53,120 nt of DNA from Candidatus Kapaibacterium sp. (GTDB lineage Bacteria > Bacteroidota > Ignavibacteria > Palsa-1295), in NCBI GenBank assembly GCA_038240295.1, contig JBBSDW010000003.1, forward strand, positions 1 through 53,120. The letters are read 5' to 3'. Below, one piece after another: positions 37,267 to 47,698 of this stretch. Below the pieces are notes generated by a model. The model was not told the DNA's origin. It did not search any database and saw nothing but the letters and a program-made list of their open reading frames with translations. Each line of letters starts with the position of its first letter. Position 1 is the stretch's first letter. The position numbers and the translations under genes are program-made.

Positions 37267-37715
37267 TAGGCTGCGTCAAAGTCTGGTACATTCCAGAGCA
37301 GCACGGCGAGCATGACGTTGATAAAATGCCCTGCGAAGCAAAGAATGCATCGACGCTTCATTCTGCGTGTCAGCATATAAACCAGAAATGCGCTCATGAT
37401 GAGTGTGAGCACACTTGCCCACCTGCACGCGTAAAGCAGGATCGTGCTATGGGTCGCTATCGCAAGCAACACGACAAGATAATAGATGGCGCCATAGAGT
37501 GCGTTCGGAAGTCCGAGAATGTGAGCGGCTGGATGATCGAGCACCGAGATGCAATCGCCCTCCCCCATCCTGCACGAAGTAGGCATGATCCGGCCCAACC
37601 AACGAAAGTACGGCTCAACTCGATAAAACCCCAGCGTCATATAAAGCGATATGACGAAGCCAACCGTCGCGCAGAGCACGACAAGTATCCACGCTTTATT
37701 GAGCAGGTCGATCAC
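37263..37715 (-). CDS. Vitamin K epoxide reductase (VKOR) family protein
   Basis: C..GEGDC.SVL, ILGLPNA..G, CILC redox motif, 4 TM segments. Confidence 0.85.
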   Translation of the reverse strand: MIDLLNKAWILVVLCATVGFVISLYMTLGFYRVEPYFRWLGRIMPTSCRMGEGDCISVLDHPAAHILGLPNALYGAIYYLVVLLAIATHSTILLYACRWASVLTLIMSAFLVYMLTRRMKRRCILCFAGHFINVMLAVLLWNVPDFDAAY

Positions 37716-38158
37716 GCGATCGGATGGTCGAGATAATCCTGAAGCAATATCCGAGCAGCTTCTTCGTCGCGAAGCCCTTTTTGCTGCCGCTTCATTTTCG
37801 GAAGCTCGCTCATTGCGATGTTGGCGTTCGCCATAACAGAGGTCAGGCGCTCGTCACGATATTCGAATGCAATTCCGAGCGCTTCAAGTTTTTTCTTAAG
37901 ACGGTCCCCAAACTTTCGTACCTCACGCGTCATCGCGGTCTCCTGCGACGAAAGCCCGATCGGAAGTCCGAGCAGGACAACTTTCGCGTCTTCTTTCTTG
38001 ATCGCTGCAAGAATGGTCGGAAGCACCTGTCCGTCGTTCTTGATCGTCCCACGGGCGCTCGCGAGCATCCGCATTTCGTCGGAGATAGCAACACCGATCC
38101 GGACGGTGCCGAAATCGAGTGCGAGCACGCGATAGCGTTCTTTCAATTCACCGCTCAC
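37712..38158 (-). CDS. ruvX: Holliday junction resolvase-like / pre-16S rRNA nuclease YqgF
   Basis: LALDFGTVRIGVAISD, GLP, DERLTS, AARILLQDYL. Confidence 0.93.
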   Translation of the reverse strand: MSGELKERYRVLALDFGTVRIGVAISDEMRMLASARGTIKNDGQVLPTILAAIKKEDAKVVLLGLPIGLSSQETAMTREVRKFGDRLKKKLEALGIAFEYRDERLTSVMANANIAMSELPKMKRQQKGLRDEEAARILLQDYLDHPIA

Positions 38159-40458
38159 TCTTCGTAGCGCTCCACATTTGTGACTCCGCGCACCTTCCTG
38201 AGTTTCTCGACAAGCCGCGAAAGATGATACGTATTCTTGACAAAGACGGTGATCTTACCATCGAACATCGCATCGCGCGAGTCGATGTTGACCGAGCGAA
38301 TATTCGTATTGTTATAGGTCGAGATCACGTGTGTGAGATCGGAGAGCATTCCCGGTCTGTCTTCGCCAAAGACGCGAATGCCGACGAGATAATCTGCGCC
38401 ATCGTCGGAGCTTGGCCATGCAACGTCGATCAGGCGCTCTTCGCGATTATCGGTGTGCATCTTTTCGATGTTCTTACAATTCGCGCGGTGGATCTTTACG
38501 CCATGCCCGATCGTGACCACGCCCACGACTTCGTCGCCCGGCACCGGGTTGCAGCACTTCGCATAACTATAGAGCAGGTTATCCTTGCGGCCCTGAATAA
38601 GAATGCCGGTGTTCGTTCGCGATTCCTTCAGGAATGGGACTTCCTTTGGCGGTAGTGCTGGCTCCTCGCGTCGATCGGTCGCACTGCCTGGGCGAACCCA
38701 TTCTCGAAGCCGCTTGAAATATTCTTCGGCGTCGGCTTCATTCATCGCTATCGCCTGATAGAGTTTCGAGGTCGATCCGTATGACGTCGTCGCCGCGAAT
38801 CTTAGCAGGGTATCCTCATTGATATGAAGCTTGGCCTTCACAAGGCGCTTTTGAAACAGCTCGCGCCCTTCCTGCACTTTGCCCCGCTGCTCTTCGTTGA
38901 GGAATTTACGGATATGCTGCCGCGCCTTGTGCGTCGCTACGAATTGCTCCCAGTCGGCATTCGGCGATTGATTCTTGCTCGTGATGATCTCGACCTGATC
39001 TCCGCTCGAAAGTTTTGTATGCAGCGGAACAATGCGGCCGTTTACTTTCGCACCGATCGTGCGAAGCCCCACCTGCGTGTGGATCTCGAAGGCAAAATCA
39101 ACAGCGGTAGCCCCCTTCGGCAAGATCCGGAGTTCACCTTTCGGCGTAAACACGTAGATCTCGTCCTGATAAAGATTGAGCTTGAAACTTTCGAGCAGCG
39201 CCGAGGGCGCATCGTCGCCATGCTGTTCGAAGACATCGCGCACCCAGCTTACCCATTCTTCCAGATCGGGATCCGCACGCGAAATGCGCTCTTTATATTT
39301 CCAGTGTGCCGCGACTCCCTTTTCGGCGATGTCATGCATGGCCCGCGTGCGGATCTGCACTTCGACCATCCTGCCGCCCGGCCCGATGACCGTCGTGTGA
39401 ATCGACTGATAGCCGTTCTTTTTCGGGACGGAAATATAATTCTTGAAGCGCTCGGGTACCGGCGTGTAGATCGAAGAAACAAGCCCGAAGACGGCAAAGC
39501 AATCGTTGTCGTTCGTCGTATCGAGAATGATCCGAACGGCGAACAGATCGTAGACTTCATCGAGCGCCTTGCCGAGGCGCATCATTTTATTATAGATCGA
39601 AAAAAGATGCTTGGGTCGGCCGACGATTTCGAATTTGATGCCTTCGTGTTTCAGTGCGTCCGAGATCGGCTCGACAAACGTTGAAACATAGGTCTCGCGC
39701 TCGATCCGTTTTTCAGATAGCGCACGCTTGATCTCATTAAAGGCATCGCGGTTCAGCACTTTGAACGCGAGATCCTCCATTTCCCACTTGATCCGGCCAA
39801 GGCCAAACCGATGCGCGAATGGCGCATAGATATCGAGCGTCTCCTTCGCCATTCGAAGCTGCCGCTCCGGAGAAAGATACTCGATCGTTCGCATGTTGTG
39901 CAAGCGGTCGGCAAACTTTACGAGCATGACTCGGACGTCATCGACCATCGAAAGCAATAACTTTCGGTAACTCTCGGCTTGCGTGATCTCGCGCGATTTG
40001 AAAATATCGGTGATCTTCGTCGCGCCGTCGACGATCTCGGCAATCTCCGGTCCGAATTCCTCGCGGATCTCGTTTATGTTGTAGTCGGTATCTTCAACGA
40101 CATCGTGCAGGAGCGCTGCAACGATCGAGATATCATCGAGCGGGACTTCCTGCGCGACGATCATCGAAACCTCGAAGGGATGAATGAAGTAGGGTTCGCC
40201 CGAAGCACGGCGATCGTTCTTATGCGCATCGTAGCAGATGCGGAAGGCTTTCATGACAAGCTCTTCGTCGAGCGATCGAAGATTTTTGCGGCAGGCCGCC
40301 AGAAGCTCGTTGAGTTTGTCTGCGTAAAAAATATCACCGGTGACGGGATCGGCCGAGCGGGCACGCGAAGTCCGAAACGAGCCGGGATGCAGCTCTTTTG
40401 CTTCAAGCGCCTTCTTTTGTGAAGGACGATCTGCGGGATTTACAACTGGCTCGATCAT
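38155..40458 (-). CDS. spoT: Bifunctional (p)ppGpp synthetase/hydrolase (HD, SYNTH, TGS, ACT domains)
   Basis: RRASGEPYFIHP, LLHDVVEDT, KFADRLHNMRT, NGYQSIHT, EVQIRT, VFTPKG, AKCCNPVPGD. Confidence 0.96.
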   Translation of the reverse strand: MIEPVVNPADRPSQKKALEAKELHPGSFRTSRARSADPVTGDIFYADKLNELLAACRKNLRSLDEELVMKAFRICYDAHKNDRRASGEPYFIHPFEVSMIVAQEVPLDDISIVAALLHDVVEDTDYNINEIREEFGPEIAEIVDGATKITDIFKSREITQAESYRKLLLSMVDDVRVMLVKFADRLHNMRTIEYLSPERQLRMAKETLDIYAPFAHRFGLGRIKWEMEDLAFKVLNRDAFNEIKRALSEKRIERETYVSTFVEPISDALKHEGIKFEIVGRPKHLFSIYNKMMRLGKALDEVYDLFAVRIILDTTNDNDCFAVFGLVSSIYTPVPERFKNYISVPKKNGYQSIHTTVIGPGGRMVEVQIRTRAMHDIAEKGVAAHWKYKERISRADPDLEEWVSWVRDVFEQHGDDAPSALLESFKLNLYQDEIYVFTPKGELRILPKGATAVDFAFEIHTQVGLRTIGAKVNGRIVPLHTKLSSGDQVEIITSKNQSPNADWEQFVATHKARQHIRKFLNEEQRGKVQEGRELFQKRLVKAKLHINEDTLLRFAATTSYGSTSKLYQAIAMNEADAEEYFKRLREWVRPGSATDRREEPALPPKEVPFLKESRTNTGILIQGRKDNLLYSYAKCCNPVPGDEVVGVVTIGHGVKIHRANCKNIEKMHTDNREERLIDVAWPSSDDGADYLVGIRVFGEDRPGMLSDLTHVISTYNNTNIRSVNIDSRDAMFDGKITVFVKNTYHLSRLVEKLRKVRGVTNVERYEE

Positions 40459-40475
40459 ACGTTATCGTAGGAGGA

Positions 40476-41546
40476 TCAGGGCGGATAACGTTCAACGCCG
40501 AACCAGCCGAAATACAGATTGAAGCCAACATTAAGATGCGTCATCGTGATCTGCTGAGCATCTGTTCTGTAGACGAACGTAGGCCCTTGCTGAGCACCGG
40601 AAAACGCGCCAGTGGCGGAGATCTCTGCGAACGGCGTCAGTATAAATTGACTTCCAATTTCGAAATCCTCGCGAATGCCGAATAGCAATTTGATCCCGCC
40701 TCGACTGAAACTGTTGCTATAGGTACTCAGCGCCGGATTGATCGTCGTCGCAGTATCGCTCATTCCTGGGATCGAATCGACGGCGTGATAATTTTGCAGG
40801 CTCGCCATCTTCATGTGCGTGTAGCCAATGCCAGCGTAGAATTTGAACGCGTTGCGCGGCGTGATCACAAATCGGAGATCGAGCGAATACCACGAGATCG
40901 CGAGTTCTTCGTAGACGGGAATATTATCGCCGCCGCGAAGCTTGATATTTCCAGGAAGGAAGCCCGAAGGGAATCCGATTCCCGCGTTGTACAAGTGATC
41001 GCCGGTCAGGTCGTCGCTGATCTTCATCCGCGCGAAGCTCAATTGAAAATCAAGTACGCGGCTGATCTGGGTACCGAACTGCAGCGATGTTGCGAGCACC
41101 GATGTGGGAGTAATACTTGTTTTTTGCTGGGAGATCGACATGTTGCCGATGCCAATTCCTCCGCCGGCGCCGATGGCCTTCCATGCGATGGGCGTCATCG
41201 CTTTTTGACGGGCGCGCTCATCGGCCGCCAGCTTTTCGGCTGCCTACACCGAATCCTGGTGCATCTGATCCAGTGCAAGCCGAATCGCTTCGTTCTGCTG
41301 ATCCTGCGCCTGCTTGATCGAATCCTGACGATGGAGCGCTTCCTCTTTCTGCAATTCTTCACGCTGCTTGCGAACCGCGTCTTCCATTTTTCGGCGTTCG
41401 TCGGTCATTACCGAGTCCGGTGGCTTGTTTCCGATGGGCCCTGGAGCCTGTGCAAAAGCGTTGGAGGAAACAATGAAGGGCAAGAGGAGAAGTAATAGGC
41501 TCACCAAACGAAAGAGTCGTTTCGCATTTAGAGTCGTCTGCTTCAT
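40476..41546 (-). pseudogene. Signal peptide, coiled coil and outer-membrane beta-barrel, interrupted by in-frame TAG 41244-41246; shares its frame with tatD
   Basis: ...QDSV*AAEKLAADERARQKAMTPIAW continues in frame into ORF 40476..41198. The barrel ends HLNVGFNLYFGWF. ATG 41546 gives MKQTTLNAKRLFRLVSLLLLLLPFIVSSNAFA-Q. Confidence 0.65.
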
Positions 41547-42275
41547 TACTTCGGTAACTTCCATTCCTTTGATATCAGCAATTTTTTGAGCCACACGCAC
41601 GAGAGATGCCGGCGTGTTCCGTTTTCCGCGATCGGGGACAGGCGTCATGTAAGGCGAATCGGTTTCGAGCATGATCCGTTCGATCGGCGCCTCTTTGACA
41701 ACTTCCTCCAATGTGCTCTTCTTGAACGTTATATTTCCAGTAAAGCTCACATAAAATCCAAGTTCGATCGCTTGACGCAGCGTATCGACTGTTCCCGAAA
41801 AGCAGTGGAACTGCCCTTTCGTCGCACTCTCGGTTAGCGTACCATAATACGATCGAACGATCCGAAGCACGTCTTCATCCGACTCCCTCGTATGGATCAC
41901 GATCGGTTTCGCAAGTTCGATCGCAAGTTCGATCTGTTCTGAAAATGCCCGCTGCTGTGTTTCGCGCGGACAGAAATCGTAATGATAGTCCAGACCGATC
42001 TCACCGATCGCAACGAGTTTCGCGTTCGCTTTTGCCGATTCAAGCATCTCATTGCGGATCAGGCTCGACCATTCCGTCGCGCTATGCGGATGGATCCCCA
42101 GTGCGCAAAAAACATCGGGGTGCTCGCTCGCGATTTTTAGAGTGGGTGCAAAACTCGCATGATCAATCGCCGGCACAACGAAGGCCTCTACACCCGCTGC
42201 CCTCGAATCCTCAAGCACTTGCGCTCGGTCGGCATCGTAGGCATCGGTTTGTAAGTGGCAGTGTGTGTCGATCAT
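41244..42275 (-). CDS. tatD: TatD-family DNase with ~90-aa C-terminal extension (no stop after the TatD domain)
   Basis: DTHCH, GIHPH, AIGEIGLDY, IHTR, FHCF, ETDSPY, NAKRLF (domain ends ~41511). Confidence 0.9.
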   Translation of the reverse strand: MIDTHCHLQTDAYDADRAQVLEDSRAAGVEAFVVPAIDHASFAPTLKIASEHPDVFCALGIHPHSATEWSSLIRNEMLESAKANAKLVAIGEIGLDYHYDFCPRETQQRAFSEQIELAIELAKPIVIHTRESDEDVLRIVRSYYGTLTESATKGQFHCFSGTVDTLRQAIELGFYVSFTGNITFKKSTLEEVVKEAPIERIMLETDSPYMTPVPDRGKRNTPASLVRVAQKIADIKGMEVTEVMKQTTLNAKRLFRLVSLLLLLLPFIVSSNAFAQAPGPIGNKPPDSVMTDERRKMEDAVRKQREELQKEEALHRQDSIKQAQDQQNEAIRLALDQMHQDSV

Positions 42276-42285
42276 TCAGTGCAGA

Positions 42286-44490
42286 TTAGAAATGCGTCTG
42301 GAGTTGTAAGGAGAAACTTCGTGTGGGCGCCATGTTGCCGACGATCTCAACGTAGTAATAATTGAGCAGGTTCGAGATCTGGAAGGTGAGCTCGACGGGC
42401 CAGCCTTCGCTCGCGTTGAACGTGTATCCGACGCGGGCATCGAGCACATAGATCGGCACGCGCTGATCGCCATCCTTCACGAATTGTATCGCAAGTGTGG
42501 TGTCGTATGTTTCGTAGCTGCTGATATAGCGGAAATCGGAGCCGATGGAAAATCCGTGAAAGCCAGTCTCCGCGTGCGCCTGCAAGAGATGACGCGGACG
42601 AAATTTAAGGATCTCACCCGAAGTCAGATCGTGCGGATAGACGTAAGTATAGCCCAATCGAAACATCGTCGATTGATCTGCAAACGGGTAATACTCGATC
42701 TCTTCTTCATGTCCGAAGATCTCCGCTTTCGTCACATTTTCGAACTGCACGAACGGTGAGCCTTGCGAACTGACAAACGTCGGCTCGATGAGTTGATCGA
42801 ACGTCGAATAAAAAACAGCGGCGTCGAGCTTCCAGTGTTCCATCGAAACATCGCTGCCGAACTCCCACGAATTGCTTCGCTCCGATTTCAAATCGAGATT
42901 CGGCCGAACGGTAAAGCCGCTGATAACGCTCGAAGTGAATCGCTCCCCGATCGTCGGAGCGCGAAAGCCATACCCATACGAAGTCCTGAGCGTCCACTCC
43001 GGAGTAAGCTGATAGCTGATGCCGAGCTTCGGCGAGATCTGCCCATCGCTTGTAAGCTGGTCGTATTGAATATGATCGACACGTGCGCCGGCGGTGATCG
43101 TTAGAAAGTCGATCGGCTTAATTTCGGACTGCGTGAACAACCCAAGCAGCACGCCATGATGATTCTGGAAAAGGTCCGAAGCGACTGTTTGATACGATGC
43201 CGTGACACCGGAGGTGAGATACCACGCAACCGTCAGCGGAAGGCTGATGTCGGTTTCGAAGTTAAGTGCGTCGGCCGTTGAATGATTGCCATCCGGACCA
43301 CCGGGCAGCGTTGGGTCGGTTGTAAACTTGGTGTGAATCAAATTAACGTTGACATCGGCCAGAATCTCGTTGCCGATCGTCGCCGTGTATTTGCCGAATG
43401 CATTTGCTTTGAGCGAATGAATACGCCCGTTGATCGCCGAAAGCGAATCGGAAGGTTCAAGCGGCTGCGCAAGACTTTTCCAGTACAGCCATCCGCCATG
43501 ATCTTCGTTGGCAACCAGACCCGAAAATGTCAAACTCGAAGATTCATTGAGCCGATGCGTGAACTTACCGAAAGCATGCAGCCGGTAATAATCATCGCCA
43601 AGCCGGTAGCCTTCGTTGCGCTTGAAGCCAGCGCTTAGGAGTGCAGCATTATCACCCGCCGATGAAGACACTCCAATATCGCCATCGAGAAATCTTCTTC
43701 CGAGCCCCGGCACACGCCACGAATCATACGACGGCTGATCATATTCACCCGCAGTACTCATGATCGCAACGTGCGTCCCTGATGCTGGTCTCCGAGTGAT
43801 CACATTGATGACCCCGCCAAGCGCGCTCGATCCATAAAGCGCGGAGCCGGCACCTTTGACCACCTCCACTCGCTCGACATCGAAGAGCGGCAAGGCATCG
43901 AACTTCACATCGCCGTTATCGGCCGAAAGAAATGGCATACCGTCCATCAACAACAGTACACGCGAGCCGATCGAACGAGCATAACCACTCGAGCCGCGAA
44001 TGTTCACTTCCGATTCGGTCACCGAGACGCCTGGAATATAGCGCAAGACATTATCAAGACCGGAGGGTGCGCGGCTTTCGATCTCTGGTGCTCTGACCGT
44101 GCTGACCGAGACGGGTACGTCCTGAATCGCTTCGAGCTTTTTTTGCGCTGTCACCGTGACATCAAAGTGCAGCGCGATGTTGAGTTCAAGTTTGATCGGA
44201 AGCGGCTCGCCCGAGGTGGTGAATTGATCCGCTGCGATAATCGTGTCGCGATAGCCATACGCATGCAGCGTTACATCCTTCGGCTGATTTGTGGTTTCGA
44301 AGGAGAATTCTCCGTTCGCATGCGTCTGGCGCGAAGTGTTTCCATCGGCGGATCGCAGAGTTACACGCGCACCTGCGATTGGTGTATTGTCAGTTGCGTC
44401 GGTGACAACTCCGCGAATTTGTGCAAGGATGGGTGAACTCGCGAATAAGAACATCGCGATCGCTATGAGCGCGCATCTAAAATACCTCAT
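42286..44490 (-). CDS. TonB-dependent receptor
   Basis: N-terminal carboxypeptidase-regulatory-like domain, VTVTAQK TonB-box region, plug (ERVEVVKGAGSALYGSSALGGVINVIT), terminal F. Confidence 0.93.
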   Translation of the reverse strand: MRYFRCALIAIAMFLFASSPILAQIRGVVTDATDNTPIAGARVTLRSADGNTSRQTHANGEFSFETTNQPKDVTLHAYGYRDTIIAADQFTTSGEPLPIKLELNIALHFDVTVTAQKKLEAIQDVPVSVSTVRAPEIESRAPSGLDNVLRYIPGVSVTESEVNIRGSSGYARSIGSRVLLLMDGMPFLSADNGDVKFDALPLFDVERVEVVKGAGSALYGSSALGGVINVITRRPASGTHVAIMSTAGEYDQPSYDSWRVPGLGRRFLDGDIGVSSSAGDNAALLSAGFKRNEGYRLGDDYYRLHAFGKFTHRLNESSSLTFSGLVANEDHGGWLYWKSLAQPLEPSDSLSAINGRIHSLKANAFGKYTATIGNEILADVNVNLIHTKFTTDPTLPGGPDGNHSTADALNFETDISLPLTVAWYLTSGVTASYQTVASDLFQNHHGVLLGLFTQSEIKPIDFLTITAGARVDHIQYDQLTSDGQISPKLGISYQLTPEWTLRTSYGYGFRAPTIGERFTSSVISGFTVRPNLDLKSERSNSWEFGSDVSMEHWKLDAAVFYSTFDQLIEPTFVSSQGSPFVQFENVTKAEIFGHEEEIEYYPFADQSTMFRLGYTYVYPHDLTSGEILKFRPRHLLQAHAETGFHGFSIGSDFRYISSYETYDTTLAIQFVKDGDQRVPIYVLDARVGYTFNASEGWPVELTFQISNLLNYYYVEIVGNMAPTRSFSLQLQTHF

Positions 44491-44987
44491 TTGGTGAAGG
44501 GCGAACGTGGCAGAGAATCGAAATTTACATAGACATCGGCGTTCGTGATCGCATCGCCCGCATGGATCGTATAGCCGATCGCCGAATCGCGAGCATCATG
44601 CGAGAACCCTACGACGCGCCAATCACGATAGACATTCGTATCGAAGAGCTGCGCCACACCGAGATAGTTATAGGTCCCTGGCTTGATGCCCGAATAGCTA
44701 TAGTTGGTATCACCCGAAAGATAATTAAGCGACGCAAGCGGGATGACAGTTGTGTTGAGACCCTTGATCAGCGTCGAATCGGCAAAGGGCGCAGCAGGCT
44801 GCACGAGGACAAGTTCGAGAACGTGAACCGAAGCCTTTGCAGGCCAGGGTGAAACAAAATGTACGCGGCCCGAAATACTCGCTACCTGCGACGCTGGCGG
44901 TGGTTCAAGACCCTTGTTGCAGCCGCCGGCCGACAACAACGAGGCCGAAGTGAACACGACAAAAAACATGAAAGAGTGTGCGCGCAC
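44487..44987 (-). CDS. Hypothetical lipoprotein paired with the TonB receptor
   Basis: Lipobox SAGG-C; 4-bp overlap with the receptor start; beta-rich. Start is 44987 or 44969. Confidence 0.7.
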   Translation of the reverse strand: MRAHSFMFFVVFTSASLLSAGGCNKGLEPPPASQVASISGRVHFVSPWPAKASVHVLELVLVQPAAPFADSTLIKGLNTTVIPLASLNYLSGDTNYSYSGIKPGTYNYLGVAQLFDTNVYRDWRVVGFSHDARDSAIGYTIHAGDAITNADVYVNFDSLPRSPFTK

Positions 44988-45154
44988 GTCGTTCTAAAGC
45001 TCGGTGGTAAAAGTGCGTGATCAAAATTCGCAGGCGATTTAACCGATGGCCGAAGATATATGTTCATTCACTGCGGCCAGGCGCGCATCATCGCGGCCAT
45101 CCCGAACGGAGACCGTGAGCGGCTTGTTGAGCGCGGCTTGCAACCAATTTCTCG

Positions 45155-45949
45155 ATGAGCGAAACGAACGGATCTACACCAGTTTTAAACGGTCTTTCCA
45201 ACGGGCATGCGAAGGTTCAGGCGAACACGCACCCGGTCGGTAGGTATCTCGTGCCCGGGCGCAAGCTCTCGTCAGAAGCGCTTTCCGATTACTACAACGA
45301 AAGCGCGATCGAAGCGAAAGGAAATTACGACGCGAACGATTGGGCCGATCCGGAGCAGATGTATGCACAGTTCGATTTTGTTATAAAGCATGTCGATCTC
45401 AACGGGAAGAACCTCCTCGATGTCGGCTCCGGCAACGGACTCTTCTTTGAATTTCTCGCTGCGAAAAATATTGTACCCGCAAAGATCACCGCGATCGATA
45501 TCGCCGAAGAACAGATCAAACTCGTTCGTGAAAAATATCCGAACGTCGAAGCCATTGCCGATGATTTTTTCAAGTACGAATTCGAAGAGACCTTCGATGT
45601 GATCACGCTCTTTGGCGTGGCGCCCTGTCTCCGTTTTATTTTTCCCGAGCGTGACAGACTTTCATCGCTCCTTCGAATGCTCGATCGTTCGATCCGCTAC
45701 GCAAAGGAAGCCGTCGCATTCAGTTTCCTGAACAAGAACTGCTACGAGCGCTCGGAGGAGGAGCACTACGAGTATCTTTATTTCTACCCCGAGGAGATCT
45801 GCACCATGCTTTCTGGTGCACGCTACGATCTCTCGACATCGCTCAACGATCTCGTCTCGAACACACTGCTTTATTGTCACGAAATATCGGGTGAGCCATT
45901 CCGGCTAAATCTAAACCGCATCGACGACGCCTTCAAACTGCTCCGCTAA
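45155..45949 (+). CDS. Class I SAM-dependent methyltransferase
   Basis: LLDVGSGNG motif I, IDIAEEQI, DDFF, FDVI. Confidence 0.85.
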   Translation: MSETNGSTPVLNGLSNGHAKVQANTHPVGRYLVPGRKLSSEALSDYYNESAIEAKGNYDANDWADPEQMYAQFDFVIKHVDLNGKNLLDVGSGNGLFFEFLAAKNIVPAKITAIDIAEEQIKLVREKYPNVEAIADDFFKYEFEETFDVITLFGVAPCLRFIFPERDRLSSLLRMLDRSIRYAKEAVAFSFLNKNCYERSEEEHYEYLYFYPEEICTMLSGARYDLSTSLNDLVSNTLLYCHEISGEPFRLNLNRIDDAFKLLR

Positions 45950-46004
45950 TACCAAAAGCGAATTAGTCCCAGCGAGTCATCGCCGCACCCATTCTCTCCG
46001 ACGC

Positions 46005-46137
46005 CGTCATTGCGAGGAGGGTTGATTCGCGCAGCGAATCAACCGACGAAGCAATCTCCAGGAGCGGGGAAAAATGCGATCACTGAATACCCCGCACATG
46101 GAGATTGCTTCGTCGGCTGGTGCCCCCTCGCAATGAC
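46005..46137. repeat. CGTC-type REP pair (GTCATTGCGAG...GACGAAGCAATCTC class)
   Basis: cgtcattgcgagg..gacgaagcaatctcca (46005-46060), inverted tggagattgcttcgtcgg..cctcgcaatgac (46099-46137), with an internal perfect hairpin ggttgattcgc-gca-gcgaatcaacc. Confidence 0.88.
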
Positions 46138-46176
46138 CTGAAACATCTATGGTCTTCCTCGCAATGCGCCCGACCG

Positions 46177-47634
46177 TCAAGCCAGCGGCGATACTTGCAC
46201 GACGATCCTCCCCAGTTCGGGATAACGCTTTCGAACTTCATCCTCTACATGCGTCGCAACGTCATGCGCTTCGGCGAGCGAAACATTCTCGGCAAGTTCG
46301 AGCGTGAGCACAAGTTTGAGTTCACTCGAGAGAAGCGATTGCATGATCTCGATGTCGCGTACCGATCGGACCGAACGGTTCACTGTTTTCGCAATGTATG
46401 CGATCCCCTCCGTCATATCCGATCGACGGCTCGTCACATCGCGGACCGTCGTTGGGGCAATGTCGGATCGCTCTTCCTCCAGATGCGTCGTTACCCGGCT
46501 GATCTGCGGTAACTGTTCGCGAACAGCCTCCTCGACCAATCGGCCAAGTTGCGCTGCGCGTTTTAATTCGGTGCGCGGCGGAAATTCAAGATGATAATCG
46601 AGCAGCGTTTCGCCGACTTCGTTATGCGTCATCTCGACGTTGTGCGGCGCGAGTCCATATTCCGCAGCGGCGAGCTTTAGCGTTTCGAACGGTGACTCAC
46701 GAAGTGTCTTTACCGGATACCAGTGGATCGTTACATCGGAATCCTCGAATGTTTTATGAACGCGGCGTTCGACTTCATTGAGGATGCGTTCGATCGCCGA
46801 AAACGGCAAGGTTCGATTGATGTCGAGCGCGATGTCGATGAAATAATAAGGTCCGGCCTGCCGAAGGCGCAACCGTCTTACCCCTTCGACGCCGGAGGTC
46901 GTTTCGATCGCGAGCTTCAATTGCTGATATTCCGTTGATTCGACGAATCGATCGGTCAGCCCATCGATCGCACGTTTGCCAAGCCGGATGCTGAGATATG
47001 CAACAAACATCGACACCGCTACCGCAGCCCATGCATCGCCATTGACCCATGCGGTAAACTTTACGAGCAACAAGCCAACGATGACCACGCCACCGCTAAA
47101 AAGATCGGTCATGAAATTCAGCGCGCTTGCTTCGAGCGCCTGCGAGTGATGCTCCTTGCTCGCCTTTTTTAATATTCGCGTCCGCCAGAGATCGATCGAC
47201 ATGGAGCCGGCAAGAACCGCGAAGCTCCAGGCGTTGACGATGACGGGATGCAGCTCGGTCGAGAGCAAACGGTGGATCGCTTCGTAGGCGATGAACGCAG
47301 TGATCATAAGCAGCAACAGGCTCTGGAGCAGCGCAGAGAGATTCTCGAATTTGCCATGACCATAGAGATGATCTTCGTCCGGAGGAATCGCGCTGATGCG
47401 CACGGCGAACAATGTGATCAAAAGTGCAACAAGATCGAGACCCGAGTCCGAAGCCTGCGAAATGATCGAAAGGGAATTTGTCGAAAGCCCAACAGCGAGT
47501 TTGGCTGCGATCAGGACGAGCGTAAGAAGGATCGAGGTCCAGGTAATGCGAAGCTTGCTCGCGCTGTCCTGCTGCTGCTTCGAGCCTGACTGGCGCGACT
47601 CATCGCCCGAAGCTTGCGCGGAGAGATTAGCCAA
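46177..47634 (-). CDS. Cation diffusion facilitator transporter with repeated C-terminal dimerisation domains
   Basis: SDSGLD, HLYGHGKFENL, ALEASALNFMTD, LSLAEAHDVA. The start must lie downstream of the tRNA; TTG 47634 chosen, uncertain. Confidence 0.85.
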   Translation of the reverse strand: MANLSAQASGDESRQSGSKQQQDSASKLRITWTSILLTLVLIAAKLAVGLSTNSLSIISQASDSGLDLVALLITLFAVRISAIPPDEDHLYGHGKFENLSALLQSLLLLMITAFIAYEAIHRLLSTELHPVIVNAWSFAVLAGSMSIDLWRTRILKKASKEHHSQALEASALNFMTDLFSGGVVIVGLLLVKFTAWVNGDAWAAVAVSMFVAYLSIRLGKRAIDGLTDRFVESTEYQQLKLAIETTSGVEGVRRLRLRQAGPYYFIDIALDINRTLPFSAIERILNEVERRVHKTFEDSDVTIHWYPVKTLRESPFETLKLAAAEYGLAPHNVEMTHNEVGETLLDYHLEFPPRTELKRAAQLGRLVEEAVREQLPQISRVTTHLEEERSDIAPTTVRDVTSRRSDMTEGIAYIAKTVNRSVRSVRDIEIMQSLLSSELKLVLTLELAENVSLAEAHDVATHVEDEVRKRYPELGRIVVQVSPLA

Positions 47635-47698
47635 TTGCGCTAACGGATGTCGCCAGGCGAATGGAGATCGCCCGTGGAGAACGTAAAACGAAACCTTG

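Noticed and set aside
10787-41246. Genome-wide stop-codon reassignment explaining the in-frame TAG/TGA
   Set aside because: TAG and TGA both terminate well-conserved genes at the expected positions (ogg TAG 4307, mutT TGA 2758, yebC TGA 27550), and frameshifts co-occur with the stops.
46177-47000. CDF with repeated dimerisation domains as a novelty
   Set aside because: Extended CDFs with tandem C-terminal domains are a known variant.
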